Shown in pieces: positions 39,097 to 49,538 of a stretch of 64,000 nucleotides of DNA. This DNA is from Vulcanimicrobiota bacterium (GTDB taxonomy: Bacteria; Vulcanimicrobiota; Vulcanimicrobiia; Vulcanimicrobiales; Vulcanimicrobiaceae), in the NCBI GenBank assembly GCA_963723515.1, contig CAVRQT010000003.1, positions 32,001-96,000 of the forward strand, given 5' to 3'. The notes below the pieces were generated by a model. It did not search any database, was not told the origin of the DNA, and saw only the letters and a list, made by a program, of their open reading frames with translations. The position numbers and the translations under genes were made by a program. How positions within the stretch are numbered: the first letter of the stretch is position 1; each line of letters starts with the position of its first letter.

Positions 39097-39609
39097 GTGG
39101 ACGTGACGTCATTAGTACGGTCAATTCCCGATTTCCCGATTCCGGGCATTCTTTTTCGTGACATAACGCCGTTATTGCGTGACAAGGATGGCTTCAAAGC
39201 GGCAATCGACCTCTTCGTCGACCGGTATTCCGGCCGAGGGATCGATTACGTCGTGGGCATCGAAGCGCGAGGCTATATGCTCGGCGCACCGGTCGCCTAC
39301 GCTATAAGCGCGGGGTTCGTGCCGGTTCGTAAGCCGGGAAAATTACCGGGAACCAAGCTCACCGAGGAATATGCGCTGGAATACGGCACGAATTCGCTCG
39401 AAATCCACGACGATGCCATCGGGCACGGCAAACGCGTGCTGATCGTCGATGATCTCCTCGCCACCGGCGGCACGGCGGCTGCCACTCGTAAGCTGCTCGA
39501 GCGCCTGGGTGCGAAGATTGAAGGGTTCGCCTTTCTGATCGAGCTGAAGGACCTGCGGGGGCGCGACAAACTCGGCGAGCTCGACGTTACAACATTCATC
39601 CAATACTAA
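39097..39609 (+). CDS. apt: Adenine phosphoribosyltransferase
   Basis: IPDFPIPGILFRDITPLL, GIEARG, VRKPGKLPG, YALEYG, VDDLLATGGT. Confidence 0.97.
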   Translation: MDVTSLVRSIPDFPIPGILFRDITPLLRDKDGFKAAIDLFVDRYSGRGIDYVVGIEARGYMLGAPVAYAISAGFVPVRKPGKLPGTKLTEEYALEYGTNSLEIHDDAIGHGKRVLIVDDLLATGGTAAATRKLLERLGAKIEGFAFLIELKDLRGRDKLGELDVTTFIQY

Positions 39610-39628
39610 ACTCTCTAGGAGGCCTTTC

Positions 39629-40075
39629 GTGCGTCTTTTTTTATTGATCTTTGTTGCCGCGGCTCTCATGCCGGTGGCCGCGTTCGCGCAGGTGGCAAGC
39701 CCTGCACCCGCTGCAGCGGCGCCCGCGGCTGAAAACGCAACCCTAACGACCCTTGCACGCGCGCAGATCGACGCGTTCCGTGCCGGGAAAATCGACCGCA
39801 GTCAGTACACCAGCGAGGCGAACGCGCATATCACCGACACACTGGTTACGCAGGTTGCTCAGCTGCTCGCTCGCGGCGGCAACATCAAGTCGTTCGCGTA
39901 CTCCGGCACAGCGGTGCAAAGCGGCGTGCAGGTCGCCCAGTATGCCGTGACGTTCGATAAGCCGGTTGCGGTGCCCGAGATGCCGTCGTTGCCGACGACC
40001 GCAAACTGGGTCGAATCGATTTCAACGGACAAAACTGGCAAGATCGCCTACCTGCTCTTCGCACCGAAGATGTAG
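39629..40075 (+). CDS. Secreted hypothetical protein
   Basis: SD AGGAGG, signal peptide AFA-Q, followed by a terminator. Confidence 0.7.
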   Translation: MRLFLLIFVAAALMPVAAFAQVASPAPAAAAPAAENATLTTLARAQIDAFRAGKIDRSQYTSEANAHITDTLVTQVAQLLARGGNIKSFAYSGTAVQSGVQVAQYAVTFDKPVAVPEMPSLPTTANWVESISTDKTGKIAYLLFAPKM

Positions 40076-40077
40076 CG

Positions 40078-40104
40078 AAAGAGGCTCCTCAGGGAGCCTT
40101 TTTT
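40078..40104 (+). terminator. Rho-independent terminator
   Basis: AGGCTCC-TCAG-GGAGCCT-TTTTT. Confidence 0.8.
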
Positions 40105-40152
40105 GCATCGAGCGTCGCGCCTATGGCATCATAGGGTCAGAGGGATGCGGAC

Positions 40153-42321
40153 GTGACGATTGAGGAGCTGATCACACGAGTCCATACCTACGACCCGTCG
40201 CTCGACGGGTCGTGGCTTCGTCGCGTCTATGAAGCCGCTGGTCATGCTCACGAAGGCCAGCAGCGCGCATCGGGCGAGTCGTTCATCGAGCATCCGCTGG
40301 CTGTCGCCGGCGTCCTTGCTGAGCTCGAGATGGACCGCGCAACGATCGCCGCGGCGATTCTGCACGATGTCGTCGAGGACACCTCGATCACAAGCGAAGA
40401 AGTCGCGGCCGAATTTGGTCAGGAGATTGCGAAGCTCGTAGAAGGCGTCACGAAGCTGACGCGGATCCCTTATCAATCAAAGGAAGAAGCGCAGGTCGAA
40501 AATCTGCGCAAGATGTTCATGGCGATGGCCAAGGACATCCGCGTCATCATCATCAAGCTCGCGGACCGCCTGCACAACATGCGCACGCTCGCGAGCCTGC
40601 CGCCCGCAAAACAGGTCGCGATCGCACGCGAGACGCTCGACATCTATACGCCGATCGCACACCGTCTGGGCATTTGGAAGATCAAGTGGGAGATGGAAGA
40701 TCTCTGCTTGCGCTATCTCGATCCCAACGGTTATCGCGACATCGTCGAGCGTGTCGCCAAATCGCGCACCGACCGTGAAGCGTCCGTTGAAGCGGTCATC
40801 GACTCGCTGAAGCGGCAGTTCGAAGAGATCAATATTCACGCCGAAATCCAAGGACGCCCCAAACATTTCTTCTCGATCCACAACAAGATCAAGCGTGGGC
40901 GAGAGTTTTCAACGATCTACGATCTGATGGCGATTCGCGTCATCGTCGAGTCGGTTAAAGATTGTTACGGCGCACTTGGCATCGTACACTCGCTTTGGAC
41001 GCCGCTGCCGGGCCGCTTCAAAGACTACATCGCGATGCCCAAGCCCAACATGTATCAGTCGCTGCATACAACTGTCGTCGGTCCGCAAGGTGAGCCGCTC
41101 GAAATCCAAATTCGCACCTGGGACATGCATCGAACGAGCGAGTACGGCATCGCGGCGCACTGGCGCTACAAAGAAGGCGGCAAAGCCGATCAGTTTGAGA
41201 ACAAGCTTTCCTGGCTGCGCGCACTGCTGGAGTGGCAGAAGGACATGCGCGACTCGCGCATGTTCATGGAGAACCTCAAACTCGATCTCTTCGATAGTCA
41301 AGTTTTCGTCTTCTCACCGCGCGGCGACGTCTACAGTATGCCGGCACAAGGCACGCCGCTCGACTTTGCGTATGCCGTCCATACCGATGTCGGCAACCAC
41401 TGCGTCGGCGCAAAGGTGAACGGCCGCATCGTGCCGCTCGATCACGCGCTGCAAAACGGCGACATCTGTGAAATCTTGGTCAACAAGAAGACCGCCCGTC
41501 CGTCGCTCGACTGGCTTGCGATCGTCAAAACGTCCAGCGCGAAGCACAAAATCAAACAGTGGTTCCGTAAAGAGCGTAAGGAAGAGAACGTTCTCGCCGG
41601 TCAAGAGGCCGTCGAACATGAGCTGGCGCGCCATCACATGCGCCCGGACACCGCGCGGGGCGAGTTGTTGGAGAAGATCGCGCATCGCATGAACTATACG
41701 TCCGCGACCGATCTCTTTGCGGCGATCGGTTTTGGCGATGCATCAGCGCAAACGGTCGTCAATCGGCTGCGCGATGAGGTCAAGAGCAGTAACGTCGTCG
41801 AGCTGCCGAAACTCGAACGGCTGCCGTCGGTTTCACGGCGCGTCGCGCGCAAGAGCAGCGAGATCCGCGTCGCGGGCGTCGATGACGTCCTCGTGCGGCT
41901 TTCGAAGTGCTGCAGCCCGGTCCCGGGCGATCCGATCATGGGCTATGTGACGATCGGCAAAGGCGTCTCCGTGCATCGTGCGGATTGCCCGAACGTCACG
42001 TACATGAACGCAACGCCGGAGCGCGTGCTTGAAGCGACGTGGGTCGGCACGACGGAACTGACGCATTCGGTCGACATCGAAATCGACGCGATCGATCGTG
42101 CGGGCCTCTTGCAAGACGTGATGGCGGTCTTTGCGGAGCTCAAGACGGTCGTTTCCTCGGTGAACGCGCGCGTAAAACGCGATCGCGATGCGATCATCAG
42201 TTTGACGGTGCAGATTCGCGATCTCGAACATCTGCACACGATTCTGCGCAAGGTCGAGGGTTTGCGCGACGTGCGCCGCGTCTATCGCGTGACGAAGCGC
42301 GAAGCACGCGCCGGCGGCTAG
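40153..42321 (+). CDS. rel: Bifunctional (p)ppGpp synthetase/hydrolase (long RSH)
   Basis: HD motif LHDVVEDT, KLADRLHNMRTL, RFKDYIAMPKPNMYQSLHT, TGS, CC zinc motif and ACT domains. Confidence 0.97.
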   Translation: MTIEELITRVHTYDPSLDGSWLRRVYEAAGHAHEGQQRASGESFIEHPLAVAGVLAELEMDRATIAAAILHDVVEDTSITSEEVAAEFGQEIAKLVEGVTKLTRIPYQSKEEAQVENLRKMFMAMAKDIRVIIIKLADRLHNMRTLASLPPAKQVAIARETLDIYTPIAHRLGIWKIKWEMEDLCLRYLDPNGYRDIVERVAKSRTDREASVEAVIDSLKRQFEEINIHAEIQGRPKHFFSIHNKIKRGREFSTIYDLMAIRVIVESVKDCYGALGIVHSLWTPLPGRFKDYIAMPKPNMYQSLHTTVVGPQGEPLEIQIRTWDMHRTSEYGIAAHWRYKEGGKADQFENKLSWLRALLEWQKDMRDSRMFMENLKLDLFDSQVFVFSPRGDVYSMPAQGTPLDFAYAVHTDVGNHCVGAKVNGRIVPLDHALQNGDICEILVNKKTARPSLDWLAIVKTSSAKHKIKQWFRKERKEENVLAGQEAVEHELARHHMRPDTARGELLEKIAHRMNYTSATDLFAAIGFGDASAQTVVNRLRDEVKSSNVVELPKLERLPSVSRRVARKSSEIRVAGVDDVLVRLSKCCSPVPGDPIMGYVTIGKGVSVHRADCPNVTYMNATPERVLEATWVGTTELTHSVDIEIDAIDRAGLLQDVMAVFAELKTVVSSVNARVKRDRDAIISLTVQIRDLEHLHTILRKVEGLRDVRRVYRVTKREARAGG

Positions 42322-42324
42322 CGC

Positions 42325-43077
42325 GTGCATCCCCTTCATCTCCAGCCGGCGCGCTCTGCCGGCGTCGCGCTGTTCTCCGGCGCACTCAACAGCGTCGCGG
42401 GCGGCGGAAGTTTCCTGACCTTTCCAACGCTGATCTTCACCGGCGTACCGCCGATCGAGGCGAACGCGACGAGCAATTTGGCGCTTTGGGTCGGCACGAT
42501 CGGCAGCGCGCGCGGCTACAAAGAGGAAGTTCGCGAGCACCGCCATCTGCTGACGTCTGCGATCGTCGTCAGCATTTGCGGATCGCTGCTCGGCGCAATT
42601 TTGCTTTTGCGCACGCCGGAGCACACGTTCACGCGTTTGATTCCGTTTCTGCTGCTCTTCGCGACGCTCGTCTTTGCGTTTTCGCCGCTGTTTGGTAGCG
42701 CGCGCTTATCGGAGGCGCGGCACCATTCACCGCTGCAGCTGGCGGCGCAGTTCGTCACGGCAATCTATGGCGGCTATTTCGGCGCCGGCATGGGATTTGT
42801 GATGCTGGCGATTCTTTCGTTCTCAGGATTGCCGAATTTGAACGCGATGAACGCGGTCAAAAATGTATTGGCCGTTGCGATCAACGGCGTCGCACTGATT
42901 CCGTTCATCATCGCAGGCATCATCGAATGGCCACAGGCGCTTTTGATGGCGGCGGCCGCCGTTATCGGAGGGTATTTCGGCTCGCGCATCGCACGCCGAA
43001 TTCCGGCGCCGCTGCTACGCAGCGCCGTGATTGTGCTCGGCGCACTAATGACCGTCTATTTCTTTGTCAGGAGATGA
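42325..43077 (+). CDS. TSUP (TauE/SafE) family transporter
   Basis: NSVAGGGSFLTFPTL, ANATS, YGGYFGAGMG. Confidence 0.88.
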   Translation: MHPLHLQPARSAGVALFSGALNSVAGGGSFLTFPTLIFTGVPPIEANATSNLALWVGTIGSARGYKEEVREHRHLLTSAIVVSICGSLLGAILLLRTPEHTFTRLIPFLLLFATLVFAFSPLFGSARLSEARHHSPLQLAAQFVTAIYGGYFGAGMGFVMLAILSFSGLPNLNAMNAVKNVLAVAINGVALIPFIIAGIIEWPQALLMAAAAVIGGYFGSRIARRIPAPLLRSAVIVLGALMTVYFFVRR

Positions 43078-44303
43078 CCATGCCGCACGTTGTGTTTCGA
43101 AATTTGAAACGTTCGCGCTCACGTCGCTGTTGCTGGTGCTCTGTGGCGCAATCGGTAGCGCCGCGCCGCCGCTCGCGACCAATCGATCGCTCACCGCCGC
43201 CTTGCGCGCCGATTTGCAAACATATCTCGTCAAGCGCGCCGCACCGGAGCACATTAGCGCCGTGTCGTTGGCCATAAGCGTTCCTGGCAAGCCGACGCTG
43301 GCGCTCGCCGTGGGACGGTTTACGACCTCGCCACATTCGGCGCCCGTCGATACATCGTCGCTCTTTCAGATCGGCAGCAACACGAAGGCCTTTACCGCGG
43401 CGATCATTTTGAATTTAGAGGCGCAACACAAATTAAGCATCTCCGATACGGTCGGCAAGTGGCTTCCGCAGTATCCAGCGTGGAAAAATATCACGATTCG
43501 CCGGCTGCTCAATATGACCAGCGGCATTCCGACGTACGACAACGATCCGGCCTTTCAGCGGCGGTGGGCTGCAGATCCGTACCACCACTATACGCCGGCT
43601 GAATTCGTCGCGAGCGTCTATCCGAAGAACGGTCGTCGCGCAGCTTCACCGCGGCTGGTACTACTCAAACACCGCTTACATCTTATCTGAAATGATTATC
43701 AAGCGCGCAAGCGGGCTCAACTATTCGGATGCGTTGCAGAAGTACTGCATCGAGCCGTTGCATCTGCACGATGTGTATTACGATCCAAACCAATTGCCCA
43801 ACTCGTTATTGCAGCGCGAGGTGTCCGGCTACTTTGCCAGCGACGACCCGGATAACAAGTATCTCGCTCCGCTCTTCGGCAAGGATACGAAACCATTCAC
43901 GCTTTCATGGGCGCAGTCGGCGGGCGCGATCGTTGCGACGCCAAGCGCACTGATTCCGTGGTTTCGTGCGCTGTACGAAGGAAGCGCGATGCCCGCAGAA
44001 ACAGCGCGCGAGTTATTCCAACTGGTTTCCGAAAAGAGCGGCAAGCCGATTGCAGGCTTGAGTGCCAAAGACCAACGCGGCTTTGGGCTCGGCGTCGCGG
44101 AGGGGATGCTGCCTATGGTGGGCGCAGCGTGGTATTACGAAGGGATGACGCTCGGCTATCGCGTGCTGCACGTTTGGATTCCAAAGAGCGGCGCGATCAT
44201 CGTGCTCGCCACGAACAGCCAGCCGCGCGCGAAGAGCAACCATCTCGGCAGCGATCTGATGATGCACGTGTACCAAACGCTGCGCGCCTACAACGCGCTG
44301 TAG
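43064..44303 (+). CDS. Serine hydrolase, beta-lactamase/D-Ala-D-Ala carboxypeptidase family; frameshifts near 43640-43690
   Basis: SxxK in IGSNTKAF, LLNMTSGI, WYYSNT in shifted frame, SAGAIVAT. Confidence 0.82.
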
Positions 44304-44308
44304 GAGCT

Positions 44309-47300
44309 TTAGGCTGTAGGAACAGCTTCCGCGTTGTGGGACGCGCGACGGACGTTCCGGCGGCGCCGCGGTTGGTTTCGGCGCGAAGCGCGGTTCGATG
44401 TGATCGGCGACCCACAAATACAGCGTCGGAATAACGACGAGCGAGAGCAGCGTCGAGCACAGTAATCCGCCGATAACCACGGTTCCGAGCGGCGCTTGCG
44501 TCGAGCTGCCCGCTTCGATGCCGATCGTGATCGGCGTCATGCCGCCGATCGTCGCGAGCGTCGTCATCAAGATCGGCCGTAATCGCAGCGGCGCAGCTTG
44601 CATGACGGCATCGCGCGCCGGCATTCCTTCGTGTCGTAATTGGTTCGTAAATTCGACGACCAGAATTGCGTTCTTCACGACGATGCCCACGAGCATCAAG
44701 ACACCGATGAACGCGGTCAGCCCAAAGGCGCGATGCGTGACGAAGAGCGCCAGCACGACGCCGGCCAAGGCCAGCGGTACCGCCATCATGATGACGAGCG
44801 GATGCAGCAGCGATTCAAATTGCGCCGCGAGCAGCATGTAGATCAGCAAGATGGCCAGCGCGACGATCAACGCCAAGCTGCTGAAGGTGCTGCCTTGCTG
44901 CGTGATCGCGGGGCCGTACTGCCAGTAGTAGCCGGACGGTAGTGCGAGCGAATTCATGACCCGCGTCGACTGCCCGATGACAGCGCCTAGGCTCGTGTTC
45001 GTCAACGAAGCGGTGATGTCGATTTCGCGCTGCTTGTTTTGCCGGCTGATCTGCGAGGGGCCCGAGCCAATTTGCACTTGCGCGACTTCAGAGAGCGGAA
45101 CGGTTTGCAGCGAGTAGCTTTGTCCCGCCGGTGCGTTGACCGTGCTGATGAGGCCGCTGCTGCCGCCGACGCCGCCCGAAGGTCCGTTCGCCGAAGTGCT
45201 GGCCGACGATTGCACCGCGCCGCTCGTCGGCACCGCAAGCGCAAGCCCGGCAATCGAGGAGTACGTGCGCCGCTGGTTCGCCGGCAATTGCACCATGATC
45301 GGATACTGCGTGCCGTTGATCTGCAAGTACGAAGCAATCGAACCGCTCGTCGCGGTGTCGATCGCTTGTGAAATCTGCGAAGTGGAGAGGCCGAGGGTCG
45401 CCGCCTTGACGCGATCGATGTTGATGTTCAACAGCGGCTGCGATGCCGTGATGTTGGTATCAGGACGAGTAACGCCGGGGATTTGCGCGATATCCGGAAT
45501 CGCTTGCTGCGCGATTTGTGAAAGCTTGGTTACGTCCGGTCCGAAAATCTGAATCTGCAGCTCGTCTTGGCCTTGCGAGATGATCTGTTGCACGATGTCG
45601 ATCGTCCGTCCGAAGACCGTCAGACCAACGATGGGCCGCCCGATCATCTGACGGAATTGCGCGAACTGCGCGGACCGTGCGCCTCCGCCGGCCGCAGTGC
45701 ACCGCCGCCCGCGGCGCCGCCGGCACCGCGCGCGCCCGCCGGGCGTTGTCCGGTCAATCCATTCTGCCAAGTTTGCACGAACCGCGCGGCCTCGGCGCTG
45801 CTGATCCCGGGACGCAAGGTCACCGAAAGGTTCGACTTGGTTCGTGACCGCTTGACCGCCACCGAAGCCGCCACCGACGCCGACTGAGGCGCCGACGTCA
45901 ACAACGCGCGGATCGCGGTGGAGACGGCTTTCGACATCCTTGGTTACGGCGTTGGTAATGTTGAGCGCCGTGCCCGTCGGCATCCGCAAGGTAAACCGAA
46001 CGAACCGCGAGTTTGTCTGCGGGAAGAGCTCGGTTTGGACCAAGCCGAACTTGAGCGCGATCAACGTCACGAAGAAGATCGCTGCGGCAACGCCGACCAC
46101 GCGCCCCGGATGGTCCAAAGACCACCCTAAGAATTGTTTATACCGTGCGGAGAATCGCTCGTACTGACGGTCGAAGGCGGCGCTAAAGCGAGCGTAAGCG
46201 CTTTTCGGCGCGCCGTTGCGCTTCAGTAGCTCGCGTCCCCACAACCGTGTCGCGAGCATCGGTACCGTTGTGACGGCAACGACCAGCGAGATCGCGACCG
46301 CGACCATCACCATCATCGCGAACGGCGTGAAGAGCAATCCTTGCAAGCCCCGGGATCAAGACGAGCGGCACAAAGACGGTGACAACGGTGATCGACGAGG
46401 CGAGCACGGCCATGAAGATCTGCGTCACGGCGTTTTGTGCGGCTTGTTGAATCGGCTGTCCGCCGACGTAGTGGCGATAGATGTTTTCGATGACGACGAT
46501 TGCGTCGTCGACAATCAAGCCGACGGCAAGCGCCAATCCTCCCAGCGTCATCACGTTCAGCGAGTACTGCAGCACGTACGCTGCGAAGAGCGTTCCGAGC
46601 ACCGAGATCGGCAGCGAGATCGCGACGATCATCGTCGAGCGCCATGAATGCAAGAACAAGAGAATGATCAGGACGGCAAGCACGGCACCGTAAATCGCCG
46701 TGTGCTCGAGCGCCGTAACGGCATCGGTGATGAAACCGCGCTGATCGAAAACGACGCCGAACTTCATTGTCGGGTAACGCTTTTCGAGGTCTCTGATCTT
46801 GGCGTAAACGCCGTTTGCGACGCCGACGACATTCGCGTCCGGCTGAGCGGTGACCGAGAGGCTTACCGCGTTCGTCCCGTTCAAGCGGTTGAACGTGCGC
46901 TGTTCTTCGATTGAGTCGCTGACCTTGGCAACGTCACGCACGAAGACCGGCGCGCCGTTCTTGGTCGTGACGAGGATGTCTGCGATCTGCTGCGCACCCT
47001 GGAAAAGCGCGTTGGTTTGCAATCTGATACTCGTCGGGCCGACCTGCACGATGCCGGCCGGAAGGTTGACGTTTTCCGCGGAGATGCGGCTGACGAGCTG
47101 ATCCGCCGTCAGACCGTACCCGGCCAAGAGATTCTGATCTGGTTGCACCATGATCGCGCGCGTCTGTCCGGCGCTGCTGTTCACCGAGCCGACGCCTTGG
47201 ACCGACGAGAATTCATCGTCGAGCTGATTGGTGAACAAGTCGTTCAAATCGCTCAGCTTGCGCGTCGGGTCGGTGACGAATGCACGAATAACCGGCAGCG

Positions 47301-47751
47301 AATTTGGATCGAACTTTTGGATCTGCGGGGTCTGAAGATTCGGATCGTTCGGCAACTGTCCGCGAATGCGATCGACCTGCTCTTGTACGTCGACCGCTGC
47401 GGTGTCGATATTGACGCCGTAATGGAACTGCGCGCGGACGCTCGTCTGGCCTTCGGCCGAGGTCGAGTTGATCGTATCGATGCCCGCGACGCGGCTGACC
47501 GCATTTTCGATCGGTCGAGTGACGAGCGTTTCCATCGAGGCCGGCGAGACATTCGGATAGGTGACGCTCACCGAGATGATCGGCGGTGAGAAGCTCGGCA
47601 GCAGCGAGATCGCCAGGCGCGGAATCGCAAAAAGGCCCAGCACAATGAGCGCCGTCGCCATCATCGCGACGGCGACGCGCCGGTTTACGGCAAAGCGCGC
47701 GATCGGGTTCGGCCGCTGCTTCTCTCCGGTGAGGTTCAGGCCGTCACTCAT
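44309..47751 (-). CDS. RND (AcrB/MdtB-type) efflux transporter; several frameshifts, 3' end approximate
   Basis: LIVDDAIVVIENI, GIVVKNAILVVEF, RLRPILMTT, QFESLLHP. Confidence 0.92.
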
Positions 47752-47812
47752 ACGTTTGTCTTAAGTATGGGCTTGGCCGGCTGTGAGCGCCATGAGAATA
47801 GCATTCCCATCG

Positions 47813-47943
47813 TTGCAAGACTCAAGTCGCTATGGTATCGTAGGACGGTTTTCGGGCGGTCAACGACCGCCTGACCCGCTGCCCGCCTTGCTGAGGTGGG
47901 CCTCCGTGCGATCCCGCATGGAGTCCAAAGAGGGAGAGATTTC
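47813..47943 (+). promoter_or_regulatory. rpsF promoter and structured 5' leader (candidate S6:S18 autoregulatory leader)
   Basis: TTGCAA-N17-TATCGT with TG extension; three hairpins (47855-71, 47882-900, 47902-23) then GTCCAAAGAGGGAG SD region. Confidence 0.55.
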
Positions 47944-48291
47944 ATGCAGACCGATTACGAGGTCGTCTATATCCTTCGGCCTCAGCTCGAGGAAGCCGAA
48001 GCGGATGAGCGCGCCAACGCGATTGCCGATATCCTCAAGCGCTCCGGCGGTGAAGTTCGCACGCTCGAAAAGCTCGGCAAGAAGCGCCTTGCGTACGAGA
48101 TCGGCGATTTTCGAGAAGGCATCTACGTCGTGATGGGATTCCGCAGTGAAGCCGCCGCCGCGCGCGAGCTGGAACGGCAACTGCGACTCAATGACGACGT
48201 TGTGCGAGCGCTCATGGTAAAGCTCGATCCGCGTGCGCTGGCCGCCGCAGCGGCAGCACCCCCTCCACCACCTACGCCAGCGCCCGCGTAG
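47944..48291 (+). CDS. rpsF: 30S ribosomal protein S6
   Basis: YEVVYILRP...GKKRLAYEI...EGIY...LERQLRLNDDVVR. Confidence 0.96.
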   Translation: MQTDYEVVYILRPQLEEAEADERANAIADILKRSGGEVRTLEKLGKKRLAYEIGDFREGIYVVMGFRSEAAAARELERQLRLNDDVVRALMVKLDPRALAAAAAAPPPPPTPAPA

Positions 48292-48400
48292 GGGGCCCAG
48301 CTTCTAAGGGCTCGAGAAAAGCACAATGTCACCCAGTTGGCACAGTGGGGCGCTACCTTTAACTTCATCCCACAACCTATAAGTAAAGCGGAGAAATCAC

Positions 48401-48835
48401 ATGGCAGGTTCATTCAATCGGGTCATCTTGGTCGGAAATCTCGTGCGCGATCCGGAGATCCGCTATATCGGCAGCGGCGCTGCCGTGACAAAGTTTACCT
48501 TGGCCGTCAATCGGCGCAGCAAGCAGCAAGAAGAGACGGACTTCATCGACATCGTCGCTTGGGAGAAGCTCGCGGAAACGTGCAACACGTACCTCAAGAA
48601 AGGCATGAGTTGCTTGGTCGAAGGGCGGCTCTCAATCCGTTCCTATGAAGACAAGGAAGGACAGAAGCGTAAATCGACCGAGGTCGTGATCAACACGATG
48701 CAGATGCTCGATCGTGCGCAGCGGCGTGAATCGCTCGATGAAGGGCAAGCGCCGGTCGGCGTCGGAGCGGCGGCCGCTCCACGTCCCGCCTCCAATGGGC
48801 TCGATCTCGATCAAGAAGAAGAGATCCCGTTTTAA
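48401..48835 (+). CDS. ssb: Single-stranded DNA-binding protein
   Basis: NRVILVGNLVRDPE, FTLAVNR, VEGRL, acidic tip EEIPF. Confidence 0.97.
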   Translation: MAGSFNRVILVGNLVRDPEIRYIGSGAAVTKFTLAVNRRSKQQEETDFIDIVAWEKLAETCNTYLKKGMSCLVEGRLSIRSYEDKEGQKRKSTEVVINTMQMLDRAQRRESLDEGQAPVGVGAAAAPRPASNGLDLDQEEEIPF

Positions 48836-49087
48836 ATGCCACCGAAGACGAAAAGCAAGCGCGCGCTTAAGGATCGCCGGCCGAAGCGCAAACCGTGCAG
48901 TTTCTGCATCGAGAAGGCGATCGACATCAATTACAAGGACGTCCCGCGGCTGCGCAAGTGCATCTCGGAGCGCGGCAAGATTTTGCCGCGACGAATTTCG
49001 GGGAATTGCGCCAAGCATCAGCGGCTGCTGACCGTCGCAGTCAAGCGGGCGCGTATCATCGCGTTCCTGCCGTTCGTCGCCGAATGA
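48836..49087 (+). CDS. rpsR: 30S ribosomal protein S18 (Zn-binding type)
   Basis: [29 protein letters not shown]. Confidence 0.97.
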   Translation: MPPKTKSKRALKDRRPKRKPCSFCIEKAIDINYKDVPRLRKCISERGKILPRRISGNCAKHQRLLTVAVKRARIIAFLPFVAE

Positions 49088-49091
49088 CGCA

Positions 49092-49538
49092 ATGAAACTG
49101 ATCTTGCTGAGCGACGTCAAGCCGCTCGGCAAACGCGGCGAAGTCGTTGAAGTCGCCGAGGGCTACGCCCGAAATTACCTTCTGCCGCGGCAGCTCGCGG
49201 CCGAGGCATCGAAAGGTGCACTGACCGCCTTAGCCGATCAGCAGCGCGCGAAGGACAAGCGCGCCGCGCAGAGTCTCGCTGAGGCCAAGGCGACCGCGCA
49301 GCGGCTGGAAAGCATGCCCGTGTCGGTCAGCGCGAAATGCGGCGCCAACGGTCGACTCTTCGGCACCGTGACAAGCGCTCAAATCGCTGAAGCGATCGAG
49401 CGAGCGTTTTCGATCACGGTGGACCGCCATAAGATCGGCTTGAAAGATCCGATCAAGGCCCTGGGTTCCTATCCGATCGAGATCAAGCTCGGACAGAGTA
49501 TCGTCGCCAAAACATTTGTGAATGTCGTTGCTGCCTAA
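49092..49538 (+). CDS. rplI: 50S ribosomal protein L9
   Basis: MKLILLSDVKPLGKRGEVVEVAEGYARNYLLP, GRLFGTVT. Confidence 0.97.
   Translation: MKLILLSDVKPLGKRGEVVEVAEGYARNYLLPRQLAAEASKGALTALADQQRAKDKRAAQSLAEAKATAQRLESMPVSVSAKCGANGRLFGTVTSAQIAEAIERAFSITVDRHKIGLKDPIKALGSYPIEIKLGQSIVAKTFVNVVAA

Noticed and set aside
44013..44308. RND C-terminus overlapping the serine hydrolase by ~290 bp
   Set aside because: Likely read-through from a frameshift; an alternative frame stops at 44309
48348..48365. Sigma54-like TTGGCAC upstream of ssb
   Set aside because: No GC dinucleotide at the required -12 spacing
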